Below, piece by piece: positions 1-11,901 of a stretch of DNA of 64,000 bases (its first letter is position 1; each line of letters begins with the position of its first letter). Both the position numbers and the translations under genes were made by a program. The notes beneath the pieces were generated by a model. That model did not search any database and was not told the DNA's origin. It saw nothing but the letters and a program-made list of their open reading frames with translations. This DNA is from Octopus bimaculoides. Its lineage: Eukaryota. The DNA is taken from contig NC_068982.1 in the NCBI RefSeq assembly GCF_001194135.2, positions 122,912,007 to 122,976,006 on the forward strand. Reading direction: 5' to 3'.

Positions 1-1212
1 ACATTTCGCCTGGTGCTCTACTTATTCTTCCAACTCAACATTATATAAAAACCAACATGAGAGTTTCTACATAGTAGCTTGACTTATGCAAACCACATCT
101 TATCTTGAAAAGAGAAAGAACACATTAGAGATTGTAGTCCTAGATATATTACGTTTGGAAAGTGGATGATTACAAATGAAGCACTTTTGAATATAGCTTT
201 TCTTCAGATAGATTTGAAATAGGAATTATAATGTTTTATTCAGGATAGTGTTCTCATCTTCATTGTTATAATTACAACAGCCAAATGTGACTGTTACAAC
301 CAATATGTGGACACTAGTTGAAAATAAGTGAGTGTGATTTAGTATGACTTAGCTGATGGTCAAGTTACTAAAAACCATCCATTCTTTCAGTAGGCTGCTG
401 ATAATGATTAGATTGACCTTATTACATCCTCTTACAACATTAATCTTGTACTGAAATGAAAATATGATTGTTGTTATTGCTATTATATCTTCACTATGAG
501 ACATAAATCTTCAATTACTGAGATCATTAAATGCCTTAAAAAAAAAAAAAAAAGGCTCATGGTTGAAACCCCTTTTTATCTGACTAATGGAAGAATTTTT
601 CCTGGCCAATTTTAGAAATCAACATTATTATTATTAAAAGGGAAATTGTCAATTTTGCCTTCCATCCTTTAGTAGGCTTTGTTGCTTGGATGGGTCACTC
701 TAATTTGCAATAATTCAACTGCACAGTTTCAGAATAAGCATATTACTGTAATTTGTTTTAGCAGTTCCTCTAAATTTATGATGATGATGATATTAATTAG
801 GATTAGGCTCAGGATTTATGATTAGGAGTTAGGGTTCAGGGTTAAACATAGAAGGGGGTGTACTTTTTTTTACAGAATCATGATTTTGTTTTAAAGTAAG
901 ATTATTTTAGAAAAAGCAAAGCTGAAGAAATTGTTGGAAAAAATGTTTTATTTACATTTATTATTTTATTACTTTTTAACATTTTTAATAGCATTGTTTT
1001 TCTAATCAATGCATGACCAAACCATTAGGCCTAGCTTATTCATATTTAAACCAAATGTACTAAGACAACATCTAAAGTTTGTGTAGATGGAAAAGTAAAA
1101 TGCTTTCATCTTATGAACTTCAAACAGATAGGAAAACTACTTCCCACCAGGATCAGAAAATTTGTTGCATGCACCTGAATGCTTATGCTACCCAGCCTCT
1201 GGCCAGAATCTA

Positions 1213-1214
<2 letters not shown>

Positions 1215-1278
<64 letters not shown>
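1215..1278. repeat. (CT)n microsatellite
   Basis: Direct reading; the source of the SLSL/RERE pseudo-ORFs. Confidence 0.95.
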
Positions 1279-1284
<6 letters not shown>

Positions 1285-2786
1285 GTTTTATGCTACCAAT
1301 CACCCTTGATATCCAATGAAGAAAGACAGACCAAATTACCTGCTTTCTGATGTGACATCACTTCCTCTCCCACTTCCAGACCTCATGTCTCCCTTCACTC
1401 CTCCACAGTTTGTTCTGATATTAAAAATTTTTGAAATTTATAAAATAACTGTAAATTAATTTAATAAATAACAACTAACTCAAATATTACATGAATCAAA
1501 AGTGCATTAAAATAATTGTAATTTTCTTAACTTTGAACAGGTTCAAAAACCTTTTCTTGATTTTTTTTTTTAACTCTCCATGAATGCAAATATAAGATTA
1601 CTTTTTTGTTGATGCATCAAAACATCAGTATGGTGAAAGTAGCTGAGTCAGAGTAGAGAAAGATAACTTGCAAGAAGCATCAGTTGCAGCAAACAAGAGG
1701 GATGCAGCATTTAATCCAGAAAAATAGCTTTAAAAAGATATAGTGAAGAAATGGTGATGCAAAAAGATATGGTGAAGCAAAGTTCATTGTAAAATGAGCT
1801 GTTGAAGTAGTTTATGTTCACAATTTCACAAGCAGAAGTTAAACTTGCAACTTCTGAAAATGCTTCTGATTTTGGAAACAAAGACTCTATTGCTGTAAAT
1901 ATTCTCTGTTGTGTTTGTTAAAGTATCTTTGGAGTTTTCCAATGTAGTTGTCAAAAAACACTGTTGCAAACACAATTAAAAAGTGTGTATTATCAATAGT
2001 TGTCAGAATCTCCATGGCTCATCGTTGACATTAATACTAACGACTATGTAACATGCTCTGGAACTCCACATGTGCATTGAGGAATAGAACAGTTGTCTTC
2101 TGAATTAAATTGAGCTACATTTTCTAAATCTGATGGTGCACCACTGAAAAGTAGAGGGATAGTTTCATCCAATACCCCATCCCCACCACACCCCTTGGCA
2201 ATGGCTCCAGCCTTTAAGAGTCAATAAAATAAGTGCCAGTCAGATAATGGGTTAATACTATTGACTGTTTTCAACCCTCCAAAATTTGAAACTTTGTGTC
2301 TGTTGGAAATCAGTCATAAATAAGGCAGACTGTCAGTCAAAATGCCTTACAATATTTAGTTACATTAAGGTATGAGCTGGCAGAATCGTTAACACACTGG
2401 GAAAAATGCTTAGCAATATTTTGTATTTATGTTTTGAGTTAAAATTCTTCCAAGGTCAGTTTTGCCTTTCATCCTTTTGGGATTGATAAGATAAGTACCA
2501 GTTGAGCACTGAGGATGATCTACTTGACTTACACTTCCCCTGAATTTGCTGGCCTTGTGCCAAAATTTGAAATCAGTATTTAGTTACATTGTGAGTTCAG
2601 ATCCTGCGAGAGTCAACATATTTCATCCTTCAGGGTTTGATAAAGTAAATGTCAAGCATGAACTAGGATTCACTCAATTAACTATGTGCCACACCTACAA
2701 AGTTTTGGTCTTGTGTTAGTATTAGAAATTATCAACATCCATCATAATGATATCAGCTCTATATTTTGACTTGTTTTATTTTCCAG

Positions 2787-2986
2787 CTCCTCGCTTTAGC
2801 CGTCCAGTGTCTGTGGTGGAATATGAGCAAGTTGGCCAAGAATGCACCAACTCTAGTCTAGTTCTGATGATGAACAGTATCATTGACAACGTTCAGCTTT
2901 CACTAAAAGAAAAGAAATCTAAACTGAAACATTTCCAGAAACATCATCCTGAACTCTACAAAAAACATTTTGCTAATATGGTCTAA
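2787..2986 (+). CDS. Probable terminal coding exon of an unidentified gene (C-terminus PRFSRPVSVVEYEQVGQECT...HPELYKKHFANMV*)
   Basis: Pyrimidine-rich acceptor TTGTTTTATTTTCCAG ends at 2786. The frame is open (phase 1) to TAA at 2984-2986 with protein-like composition. The ORF-track N-terminus (MISALYFDLFYF) is intron read-through. No upstream exons found in the window. Confidence 0.65.
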
Positions 2987-3787
2987 CAATTGAGGAAATC
3001 CACATTTCTTTTATGAAATATTTTTTCCTACAAGACATTAAGTTCACATTGTAGCCAATGTTCTTGTGTATTCTTCTAGTCAACTTTGTAAGCTATTCAG
3101 TATTATGTTACTAAGGATTGATAAATTAAACTTGTTCTATAAGAGGCAAAAATGAATTTCATAGTACTATGATTTTCTTATTCAAGATCAGGATATTTTC
3201 TCTAATGTAATTTGTAGCATTGCTAACCTATGAAACTGATAACCATGGCAGATGTAGTGATGTTAGCAACACTGCTACTATGCCAATCAGATTAGCTCAG
3301 TAACATCATTGTTATTAGCAGTTTTGCCATCATGTCAATCAAGATTGCAATGTCTGCTTTGTCACCTTATGAAGTATAAAGTTAGCAATACCTCTATCAT
3401 GTTGAGTAGATCATCTTAGTAACCTTGATGCTGTTAGCAACTTTGCCATCATGTTCATCAAGACTGGTGGTTGTGATGCTGTTAGCAGTACTGCTATTTT
3501 GCACATCAGATCACCATAGCAGCTGGGATTTGTTAAGCAATGTTTATGAAAATGATAATGATTATTGTGGTAAAATTCACTGATATTATAATAATGCCCT
3601 AGCATAAAATGAATTGAAATAAATGACTTTTTATTTAGGAGAACGTCTTTTTTTTTATCAGGAAGTGAATAAAGGTTTTTATCTCTCACCTGCTTTCTGT
3701 TGCATGCATGCCCAAAAATCTTTTGTAAAGCTTATCTTTTATAGATATAATGAAAAGGCAGCAGTGTAACAATAGTAATGTCCTTTT

Positions 3788-3895
3788 AGGGTCATTAAAT
3801 ACCAAACATGTACTGGCATCAATTCACCAAATTATATTCTTCCTTTATAAAATGTTGACTGTCAGTAATGAGAAATACTTATACTGTTGCATATA
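3788..3895 (+). repeat. 108-bp segment duplicated exactly at 7155-7262
   Basis: Base-by-base identity by eye; ORFs 3750-3950 and 7093-7293 share SLNTKHVLASIHQIIFFLYKMLTVSNEKYLYCCIY. Confidence 0.95.
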
Positions 3896-4592
3896 CAAGC
3901 TAATATATGCAGTCTTCACACAGTATCTCATTCATATGTACATGGTCTAAGTTCTTCTTCATTCATGTGGTAGTAGATATGTGTATTTAGTCTTTCATTC
4001 GTGTTCTGTTTCAAGTTAATTCATGTAACAACTCTGTTAGTAACTATAGCAACTAATTCAGTCCTAAAATCTAAAATTACATTTTCTATCAAGGATTGAC
4101 TTCCTTTTTATATTCACTCTGACATTGAACAAAAAACTTCATTTGTTTTTATGTTATAAATAAATTTATGAAATCTTAATATTTAATTATTTTGAGTCTT
4201 TTAATATAAGGCTAACAGCTATAGTTTATATCTGTTAATATATTCCATATTTCGGTGATTTTTTCTTTTTCTCATAGGGAGAGAGACTAAATTTCATATT
4301 TTGTCACATATTTACTGATATTTTCTTTGTCTAAAGAAGGTATCCTTCTTTATGCTCATCAGTATTTGCATTGTTTTATCTGTTTCAAACTTTTTCCTAG
4401 TTTGAAGAAGTTTGTTTCATATATAAAATTTCTTTTGAACTTCTTTGTGTTGGCCTCAATTTAACCTTAGCTCCTTCACAACCTGAACAGTTCTCAGAAA
4501 CTTATTTACTAGCTGTCTCATTACTAACGTGATTATCAAGTGATATACTCTCTGCACAAAAAAAAATCTTTTACGTGTCTTATCAGTATAGT

Positions 4593-5645
4593 CAGGGCCA
4601 GTCTTGGGAAGTGTGGGGCCCAATTGGGTGAGGTAAGGGGGGGAATTTCCAAGGGTCCATCCTACCCCACTGCACTCGGATTTCCATGGAAAAAAAAAAA
4701 TCATTTTCAGCATATTAGGACATGAGACTAGTTGATAGCACAAGAAAAAAAAATTAGGAAAAAAACATCTCCCACCAAAGCCAAGTTAAGTGTTAAAAAG
4801 TAAAATTCACCAAAAACTTTTACCATCAGTAAGCAAAACTACAACTAAACTATGCTTTTTGAAAATATTCTGGCAACAATTGGAAAGAAATTTAACAAGG
4901 TCCCAAAGAAACTTTTATCATGATGTTACGGTGAAAGAGATATACATAAAATGAAAATTAATGATTAGAATTTTTCAGAAGCTAGTTACCTTATAATTTT
5001 TTCAATAACCTCTGTTGTAGAAAACAGTCCTATTTCTTAGCTATATGTTTCTGGGTTTAGCACCACTGTGTGAGATCAAATGTCTCCTACTATAGCTGTT
5101 TTTGTGTGTTCTTGAATGGCTTACAAATATTTTCCATGCTGCATTCATTTTTATTTTATTTTTTGCTTTCTTTAATACACACACACACACACATTTACTC
5201 TTTTACTTGTTTCAGTCTTTTGACTGTGGCCATGCTGGAGCACCGCCTTTAGTTGAACAAATCGACCCCAGGACTTATTCTTTGGAAGCCTAATACTTAT
5301 TCTATCGGTCTCTTTTTGCTGAACCGCTAAGTTATGGGGGACATAAACACACCAGCATCGGTTGTCAAGCGATGTTGGGGGGACAAACACAGACATACAA
5401 ACACATACACACATACATANNNNNNNNNNNNNNNNNNNNNNNNNNNNNNNNNNNNNNNNNNNNNNNNNNNNNNATATATACATATATACGACGGGCTTCT
5501 TTCAGTTTCCGTCTACCAAATCCATTCACTTGGTCGGCCCGAGGCTATAGTAGAAGACACTTGCCCAAGATCCCACGCAGTGGGACTGAACCTGGGACCA
5601 TGTGGTTGGTAAGCAAGCTACTTACCACACAGCCACCCCTACGCC

Positions 5646-5676
<31 letters not shown>

Positions 5677-5966
5677 ATTAAAAAATACACATTATTGAAA
5701 TACGTTTCCTCAAAATTAAACATCAGAGTATATTTATAGCAACTCACATACAATTGACCCTTACACTAAAAATACAAGCAATTTTGGTATTTTACATTAC
5801 TAAAGTGCAGAAACTATGTTTTGTTATTTTTAAGCACATTTTTATGTAGATTTTTTAAAGCTTCTGGGTGACCACCTTCATGAAATGTCGCAGTATAGGA
5901 TGTGGCCTCCTTCAGTATGGGGTCCAATTGGGAGCAATCAGTTCAATTGGCTAAAGGCTGGCCCTG
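4593..5966. mobile_element. hAT-superfamily-like non-autonomous element (MITE) with a nested SINE
   Basis: TIRs CAGGGCCAGTCTT / AAGGCTGGCCCTG (12/13 match). 8-bp TSD AGTATAGT (4585-4592) / GGTATAGT (5967-5974), 7/8 match. Subterminal GGGG(C/T)CCAATTGGG motif near both ends. Confidence 0.75.
5194..5645 (-). mobile_element. tRNA-derived CORE-type SINE (Octopus OR2-like) with an internal microsatellite and assembly gap
   Basis: tRNA-like head (GGCTGTGTGGTAAG...GGTTCAGTCCC) and CORE-like CTTGGGCAAGTGTCTTCTAC. Related copies near 13528-13688(-), 31010-31180(-), 31405-31740(+), 41500-41600(-), 61255-61480(+), 62910-63030(-). Family name recalled, not searched. Confidence 0.75.
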
Positions 5967-8900
5967 GGTATAGTAACTAGATTTTCTCTCTATATTATAC
6001 ACAGTATTTCTCACTAATACTTCATTGATGTCATACTTATTTCTGAACTCCAAATAATTTTTTAAGATGTAATGGTAAAAAAAAAATTGGAGCTTTAATT
6101 CTACATCATTATTATCAATTTATTTTTCAGTATCCAAGTGTGTTTTGGTTTGACAGTTTTGTATTTGCCAGTCTAACCCCCAGAGTACTAATATAATATA
6201 AAGCAGTTGATGTTATAACATTGAAGTGCCCAAAACCTTAAACTCACAATGAATTGTGTGAATGCACAGAAAATTTTTAATATTTTAAGCCTTGTTTTTT
6301 ATTTTGAAATAATCATGAATTATAAATATTTACATTTAGCTTTCAAATAATCTAAAAGAAAAAGGAAATCCCATTCATGTATAACTTTTAATAAAGGCAT
6401 GGCTCTTTTAAATACTTGGCTGTTCCCTTCAAATCTGAGGTCCTGTGCTTATGTAAATTATCAAAATAGTCCAGTACATAAATGATTCATCATTTGAAGT
6501 AAAAACTTAATTCATACAAAACTTTACCAAATACGTTTTTCTTTCTAAATATATGAAAAATGCCAGGCAAAAATATTGTAGTGGCTGCATAGTTTAAGTT
6601 ATTCTTTCTACATCACAAGGTTTCAGTCATTGCTTATTCCTGAATTAAAAAAAAAAAAATTTTTTATAGGATTAAATAAATCGTGCACCTTTCTTTAGAT
6701 AGGTTTCTGTTATACAAATAGCAATTATCTTTCCTAGAACAAGATTTAATTCACTATGCCAAGCTAACAAAACTTTGAGTAAATTCCTCTACCTAACCAT
6801 TTTACTTGCTTAGAGCTTGAAAAATTTTAACCCTTAAAAAGTTAACTATTTTTCCAGAGATTCAGTGCAGTAATAGTAATATGAAGCTTGCTCCCTATTA
6901 ATTTTGACCGTTAGCATCTCCAGAAATCGGCATTTACTTTAACAGTTATAACTTCTAGAGATCAATTATAACCGTTCTCTTATATTCAATTAAGCTACAG
7001 TAACACCAGTTGTCTTACATAATCTCATATTACACAATTTAATTGACTTTCCATGACCAGATGCATCCATCAATGAATATTTTTCCCAGTTCGTGAAGTG
7101 TAGTGGAACCCAACTAATTTTTAATAGCACAGAATTGTTGAACTCCCCATTTAAAGGGTCATTAAATACCAAACATGTACTGGCATCAATTCACCAAATT
7201 ATATTCTTCCTTTATAAAATGTTGACTGTCAGTAATGAGAAATACTTATACTGTTGCATATATTTAAAATTATCTTGGCCTTATTTACAGTGACAATATA
7301 TGAACTGTTGGTGCCCCTTTTAGTTTTCTAATATCAACTTGTTTATCTGCTGCTTTCATATAACATGACAATTATATTCATTTTCATAACAAACATGGCT
7401 TAAAATATTATTTTAAATTTGTTTTGTGTTGATAGCTATATATTTGAGATTATCACATTATTTATTACCTAAATTGCATATGTCTTGCACGTGTCCTGAT
7501 GGTATCTTTTTTTTTAATATATTACCAAACTGTTAAAATATAAACTATCAGTTTTGCCTTTTTTTTTTTTTTTTTTTTTTTACAATTATTGAAAACTTTT
7601 TTTGTTTTCTCAACTTTTTATTTACAACTTAATTTTTCTTTTTCAATATATGTTTTAAATAAATTATTTCTGCTATTTAATGAATAAAATATATTTGGAA
7701 TTGCTATTTCTATATTGATTTCATCCAGATGGTTATGTTTCTAAAAGTTTAAGAGATATATTACACAATGTTTTGCTTAACATACAAAGATTGTTTCTCT
7801 TCCTGGGTCTACACTTTCCACAATTAGAGATAGGGAGTGGAAATGGGGAAAATGGCTGTGTGCCAGGTAAGAGATTAGAATATGATAAAGGGACAGAAAT
7901 AGTTGTCTTACTTGGCTACCCCAGTAAGACATGGGAGAGAGTGGGGGAGAAATCAGTGTGGTTCCATTGTATTATTCAGTACATAATAAAAACAAACACC
8001 TAATGAGTGAACTATATGCACTATGCCAGCATCCTTATCACCCTCATTCAACATCTGTTTTCCATGCTGACATGGGTTGGATGGTTTGACCAGAGCTGGA
8101 AAGTTGTCTGTTTTGACACGGTTTCTATGGTTGGATGCCCTTCTTAATGCCAACCACTCTAGGGTGTATACTGGGTGCTTTTTACATGGTACTGGCAGGG
8201 TTGCCAAGTAACTTGCAAAACAAAGGCCTTTTAGTGGAGATAAGGCGTGGAAACAAGGGAAATGGCTATGTGCCAGGTGAGAGATTAGAATATGTGAGAG
8301 GGACAGAGATAGTTGTCTTACTACAGAGGAGATACTTGGCTACCCAAGTAGGACAAGGAAGATGAGGAAATTATGGAAAAAGATAGATGGAGCTGGAGAT
8401 GTATTGGGTTCTACTCAGCGAACAGTAGGGAGGGGTATTAGTACAATGGGGATAGAGGGGGGGATGTTTCATGAGTGAGGGGGATATGAGGAGGAAGACA
8501 TGCCTGTAGTGAGGGGGAAATGGAGAGGCTGGGAGGAGGGTAAGGAAATGTGAGGACATGGTGAGAGTGGAGGGGCCTGCAGGTGTTGGGAAGATAGTTT
8601 TGAAAGAGAGGCCAGATATTGGAGTGGGAGGCATGACCATAAAGGACATGCATGCACGTGTTGATGGTCATGATTCCATTTAGCTTCTCGAGTACAACAA
8701 ATCACCAGAAGTCTCGGTCACTTGTCATCTCTGTGAGGCCCAACATCCAAAGGTCATTTCTCACCACTCGATCCCACATTTTTCTGGATCTACCCCTTCC
8801 ACAATAAGAGATTGACATCTATTTATGCAGCTCTCCTCATCCATATGCATCATGACGGTACCAGCACAGAAAGGTTACAGGTCTACTGATGATAATCATA

Positions 8901-10021
8901 GCAGCAAAAGCTTGTCTAAACTCTCCTGTACTCCCTAGAAAATTGAAAAAATATTAGTCATAGACTATTTTTCTTATTTCTTCCATTTTGTAGACTGTGA
9001 CCATGCTGGAGCACTACCTTAAATAACTTAGTTGAACAAATCTGGACTTTATTCTATCAGTCTCTTTTACTGAACCACTAAGTTACAAGGAGATAAAAAT
9101 TAAACCCTTTGATTGTATTTCCATAATACATTTACCCCCTCTCTGCTTAACATGGTTATGTCTTGGTAATGATACTAATTATAGCTAGTTTTGATCTCAT
9201 GAATATACCATCATATTTTGGTACCTTTACTTCATTATTTTCAAAAATAAAAGAATATGAATCAAAAATGTTATAATCTTTATTATGCAATTATGACAGA
9301 AATGATTAAATAAGTTATAACAATACATAATACTTTAGACACAATATATTTCACTGACTAGTTCTACAAACCTTTCAACAAGAATTATCTCATACAAGGA
9401 ACCAGATAAGCCAATTAGTTGTTGGGGCTTCTTTTTCCATTTCATTGTCAGTCAGAGGTTTGTTAATCACTGATCAACAATTACTTTTTATATTTGAAAT
9501 GAATATGAAGTAAAAAAGATTGATCATAGTTCTTAATTTCAACTTCCCAGCTATTTAAAAATGAGAATAGCATATAAGATCAATCTCTACTAATTTTGAA
9601 CAATGTTGTATCTTGCTTTTAATTATATTTTCTTTTCTTCCTTCTCTAACAATGAATAGGAAGAAAAATTACTCGAATAATCATTTAGACAAATTAGCAA
9701 GCACATTACTTCTGTTTTGGTGAGCAGAAGTAATGATGTTCTAGTGTCTTTTCTACTTTCTAACATTTTAATGATGTTATTTTCAGCAATGCTTATCAGC
9801 AGTCTGGGGTAAAAGTTGTCAGTGATTGATTTCAGAAAGGGATGAGTGACATTTAGGTGGTTAATACAACTTGAGATCTGAATGATAAAAAGAAACAAAA
9901 GCATAAATAAAATTATTGAGAAACAAAGAAAGTTGGTAGTCAGCATCTGGAGAACATTAGTAAAATAGTTAAAGTAATAATAGTTCTAATAAAAACTTGA
10001 TAGGATGTGATTTATAGATAA

Positions 10022-10782
10022 CTAGCAGCTAAACCCGGTTTTACCCGGTCTGTTTGGATGATGTGGCTGTGATTGTTTTCGGTTATGAACTATGGAATAA
10101 GTTATTGTTATACGCTTACAGAAAAACAATTTATATTATAGAAATTGATACATACCTGTTGAAGATTAAAATGTATGTAAGAGCTATTGTTTTCGACGCG
10201 TGTATAATCATAGAGAAACTGAAAGACATGAAATGTCCGTTTGTGTGTGTATTTTTGGTGGAATTTTTGCATTTAGCAGGAGTTGGTTTGTGTTTTATAT
10301 CTCTCGATCAATAGCCGGACAAGTGAAAAGGAAAGGTGATCTTTTGAAGTGGGCATCGAATGAAGAGACATGGACAACTTCTTTTAAAATTGTGGTGAGA
10401 GGGGAGAATTGATGTGCGTGCGTATGTCTGTGTGTGTGTATGCTTGATGGGGTGTGCACGACAGAGAGAGTAATGTTGATGGTGTATGTGTATATGAGAG
10501 AGAGAGATAAATGAAATTTATCATTCAGTTTATTTATTTATTATGTATATATGTATGAATGGCTTCAGTGACACACACTCACATACACGCACGCACACAG
10601 GTTGTTTTAATCGATTTTCTCTGTAAGTATGGGGCTAGGAAAAAAATAGAAAGCGCATTCCAATTTATGCATCCATCTCCACATGTGTGCCATTTTTCAT
10701 ACGAATTTACCCAGCCGTTTGGCCGTGAATCTCAAGACAAAAAAGAATACAACGGTCGGCCAACTTCAATTTATATTATAGA
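10022..10782 (-). mobile_element. Non-autonomous Helitron
   Basis: Minus strand A|TCTATAATAT ... GACCGGGTAAAACCGGGTTTAGCTGCTAG|T: 5' TC, 3' CTAG, subterminal GC-rich hairpin (one mismatch), inserted between A and T with no TSD, internal microsatellites. Confidence 0.75.
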
Positions 10783-11434
10783 TTATCATCATTAATTTAT
10801 GTCTGCTTTCCATGCTGGCATGGGATGGACAATTTAATAGAAGCTGGCCAGTTAGAAGAGTATGCCAAGGAGTCTATCTGCTTTGGCATAGTTTCTACAG
10901 TTGGATGCCTTTCCTAATACCAACCATTTCACAGAGTGTAATGGGTGCAAGACAAGACCCCTCAACTGAGAGAGATGTAGTATTGATGGGGATGGGGCTT
11001 AGTACCAGGTGATGATAGCTATTACAAAATACAAAGTGTGCTTTGTATTTTATTTCATTTCACTCATAGATGAAGCCATAGAATTAAGACAATCACAAAT
11101 ATGAGACTTTGCAGGTATGGAAGCAACTATAATGATGCTGTCTTGAGATTTATGAGAGAAATGTTAATTTCATGTTAGTCAAGAACTGAATAATTCTGCA
11201 AGTTTATATTCTAGATATATATTCCAAATTCTCAGCAAGACTAACAGCAGTTTTTTGAGTTCTACATCTATTCTTCAGACTCTGTTTATTTCTGCCATTC
11301 TTGGCAGGAAATCATAGCTCACACATGCACAACCTAGTAACATATGAAGAAGTTGTTCCAAAATCTTTGCTTCAAAAATTTGAATACAGTTCAAGGTCAA
11401 GATCTCATAATTATAATTACCATCATAGTGTGGA

Positions 11435-11532
11435 CTAAAAATTCTTCAATAACAGATTTTCTTTCATCTTTGCCTGTCTCTGCTGAAGTTCCTCACTAAT
11501 GTTACGTCTAAGGTTAGGATTGGTAAAATGCT
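11435..11532 (-). CDS. RIIAD1: RIIAD1 coding exon 4 (E-HFTNPNLRRNISEELQQRQAKMKENLLLKNF*)
   Basis: Acceptor TTTCTTTTCATGTTGTAG, phase 1, gives EFAA-E-HFTNP (family: EFAADYFTDP), TAG at 11437-11435. The four exons total 342 nt = 113 aa plus stop. Confidence 0.9.
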
Positions 11533-11901
11533 CTACAACATGAAAAGAAAAATCAAATATATTTTACAATTTAGCAGAAATATGCATTTTAAAGAAATTC
11601 TTTCCCCACTTATTTTCTTAAATGTTTTACACCAATTCTCCATAACTGCAAGAAGAGGACATTTTGACAACTATGAATATTTTCATAATATGGAGTGTAC
11701 TGTTGGTCTTTCTGACAGTTACCCACCAAACTGTAAAGGAGTAAGTGTTTATTATTGGCTAGATGTATAGAGGCAAGCAAAATAATGTCTTGCCAAACAC
11801 AACACAAGGGCTGCATGAAGACCGAAACTTTACGTGATAATTTACCAAATACTAACTTTGAAACCCTCATGTTTTAATCTCTTCTCAATATTTAATACAA
11901 A

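Noticed and set aside
244-333. CAG...GTGAGT-bounded 84-nt segment as an upstream exon of the orphan gene
   Set aside because: Stop codons in all three frames.
1079-1350. Three overlapping ORFs with SLSLSL/RERERE runs (also 63564-63851)
   Set aside because: They are translations of (CT)n/(GA)n microsatellites.
3788-3900. The 108-bp duplicated segment as an H/ACA snoRNA or coding exon
   Set aside because: No convincing two-hairpin fold; the ACA box is absent from copy 2; no matching donor site.
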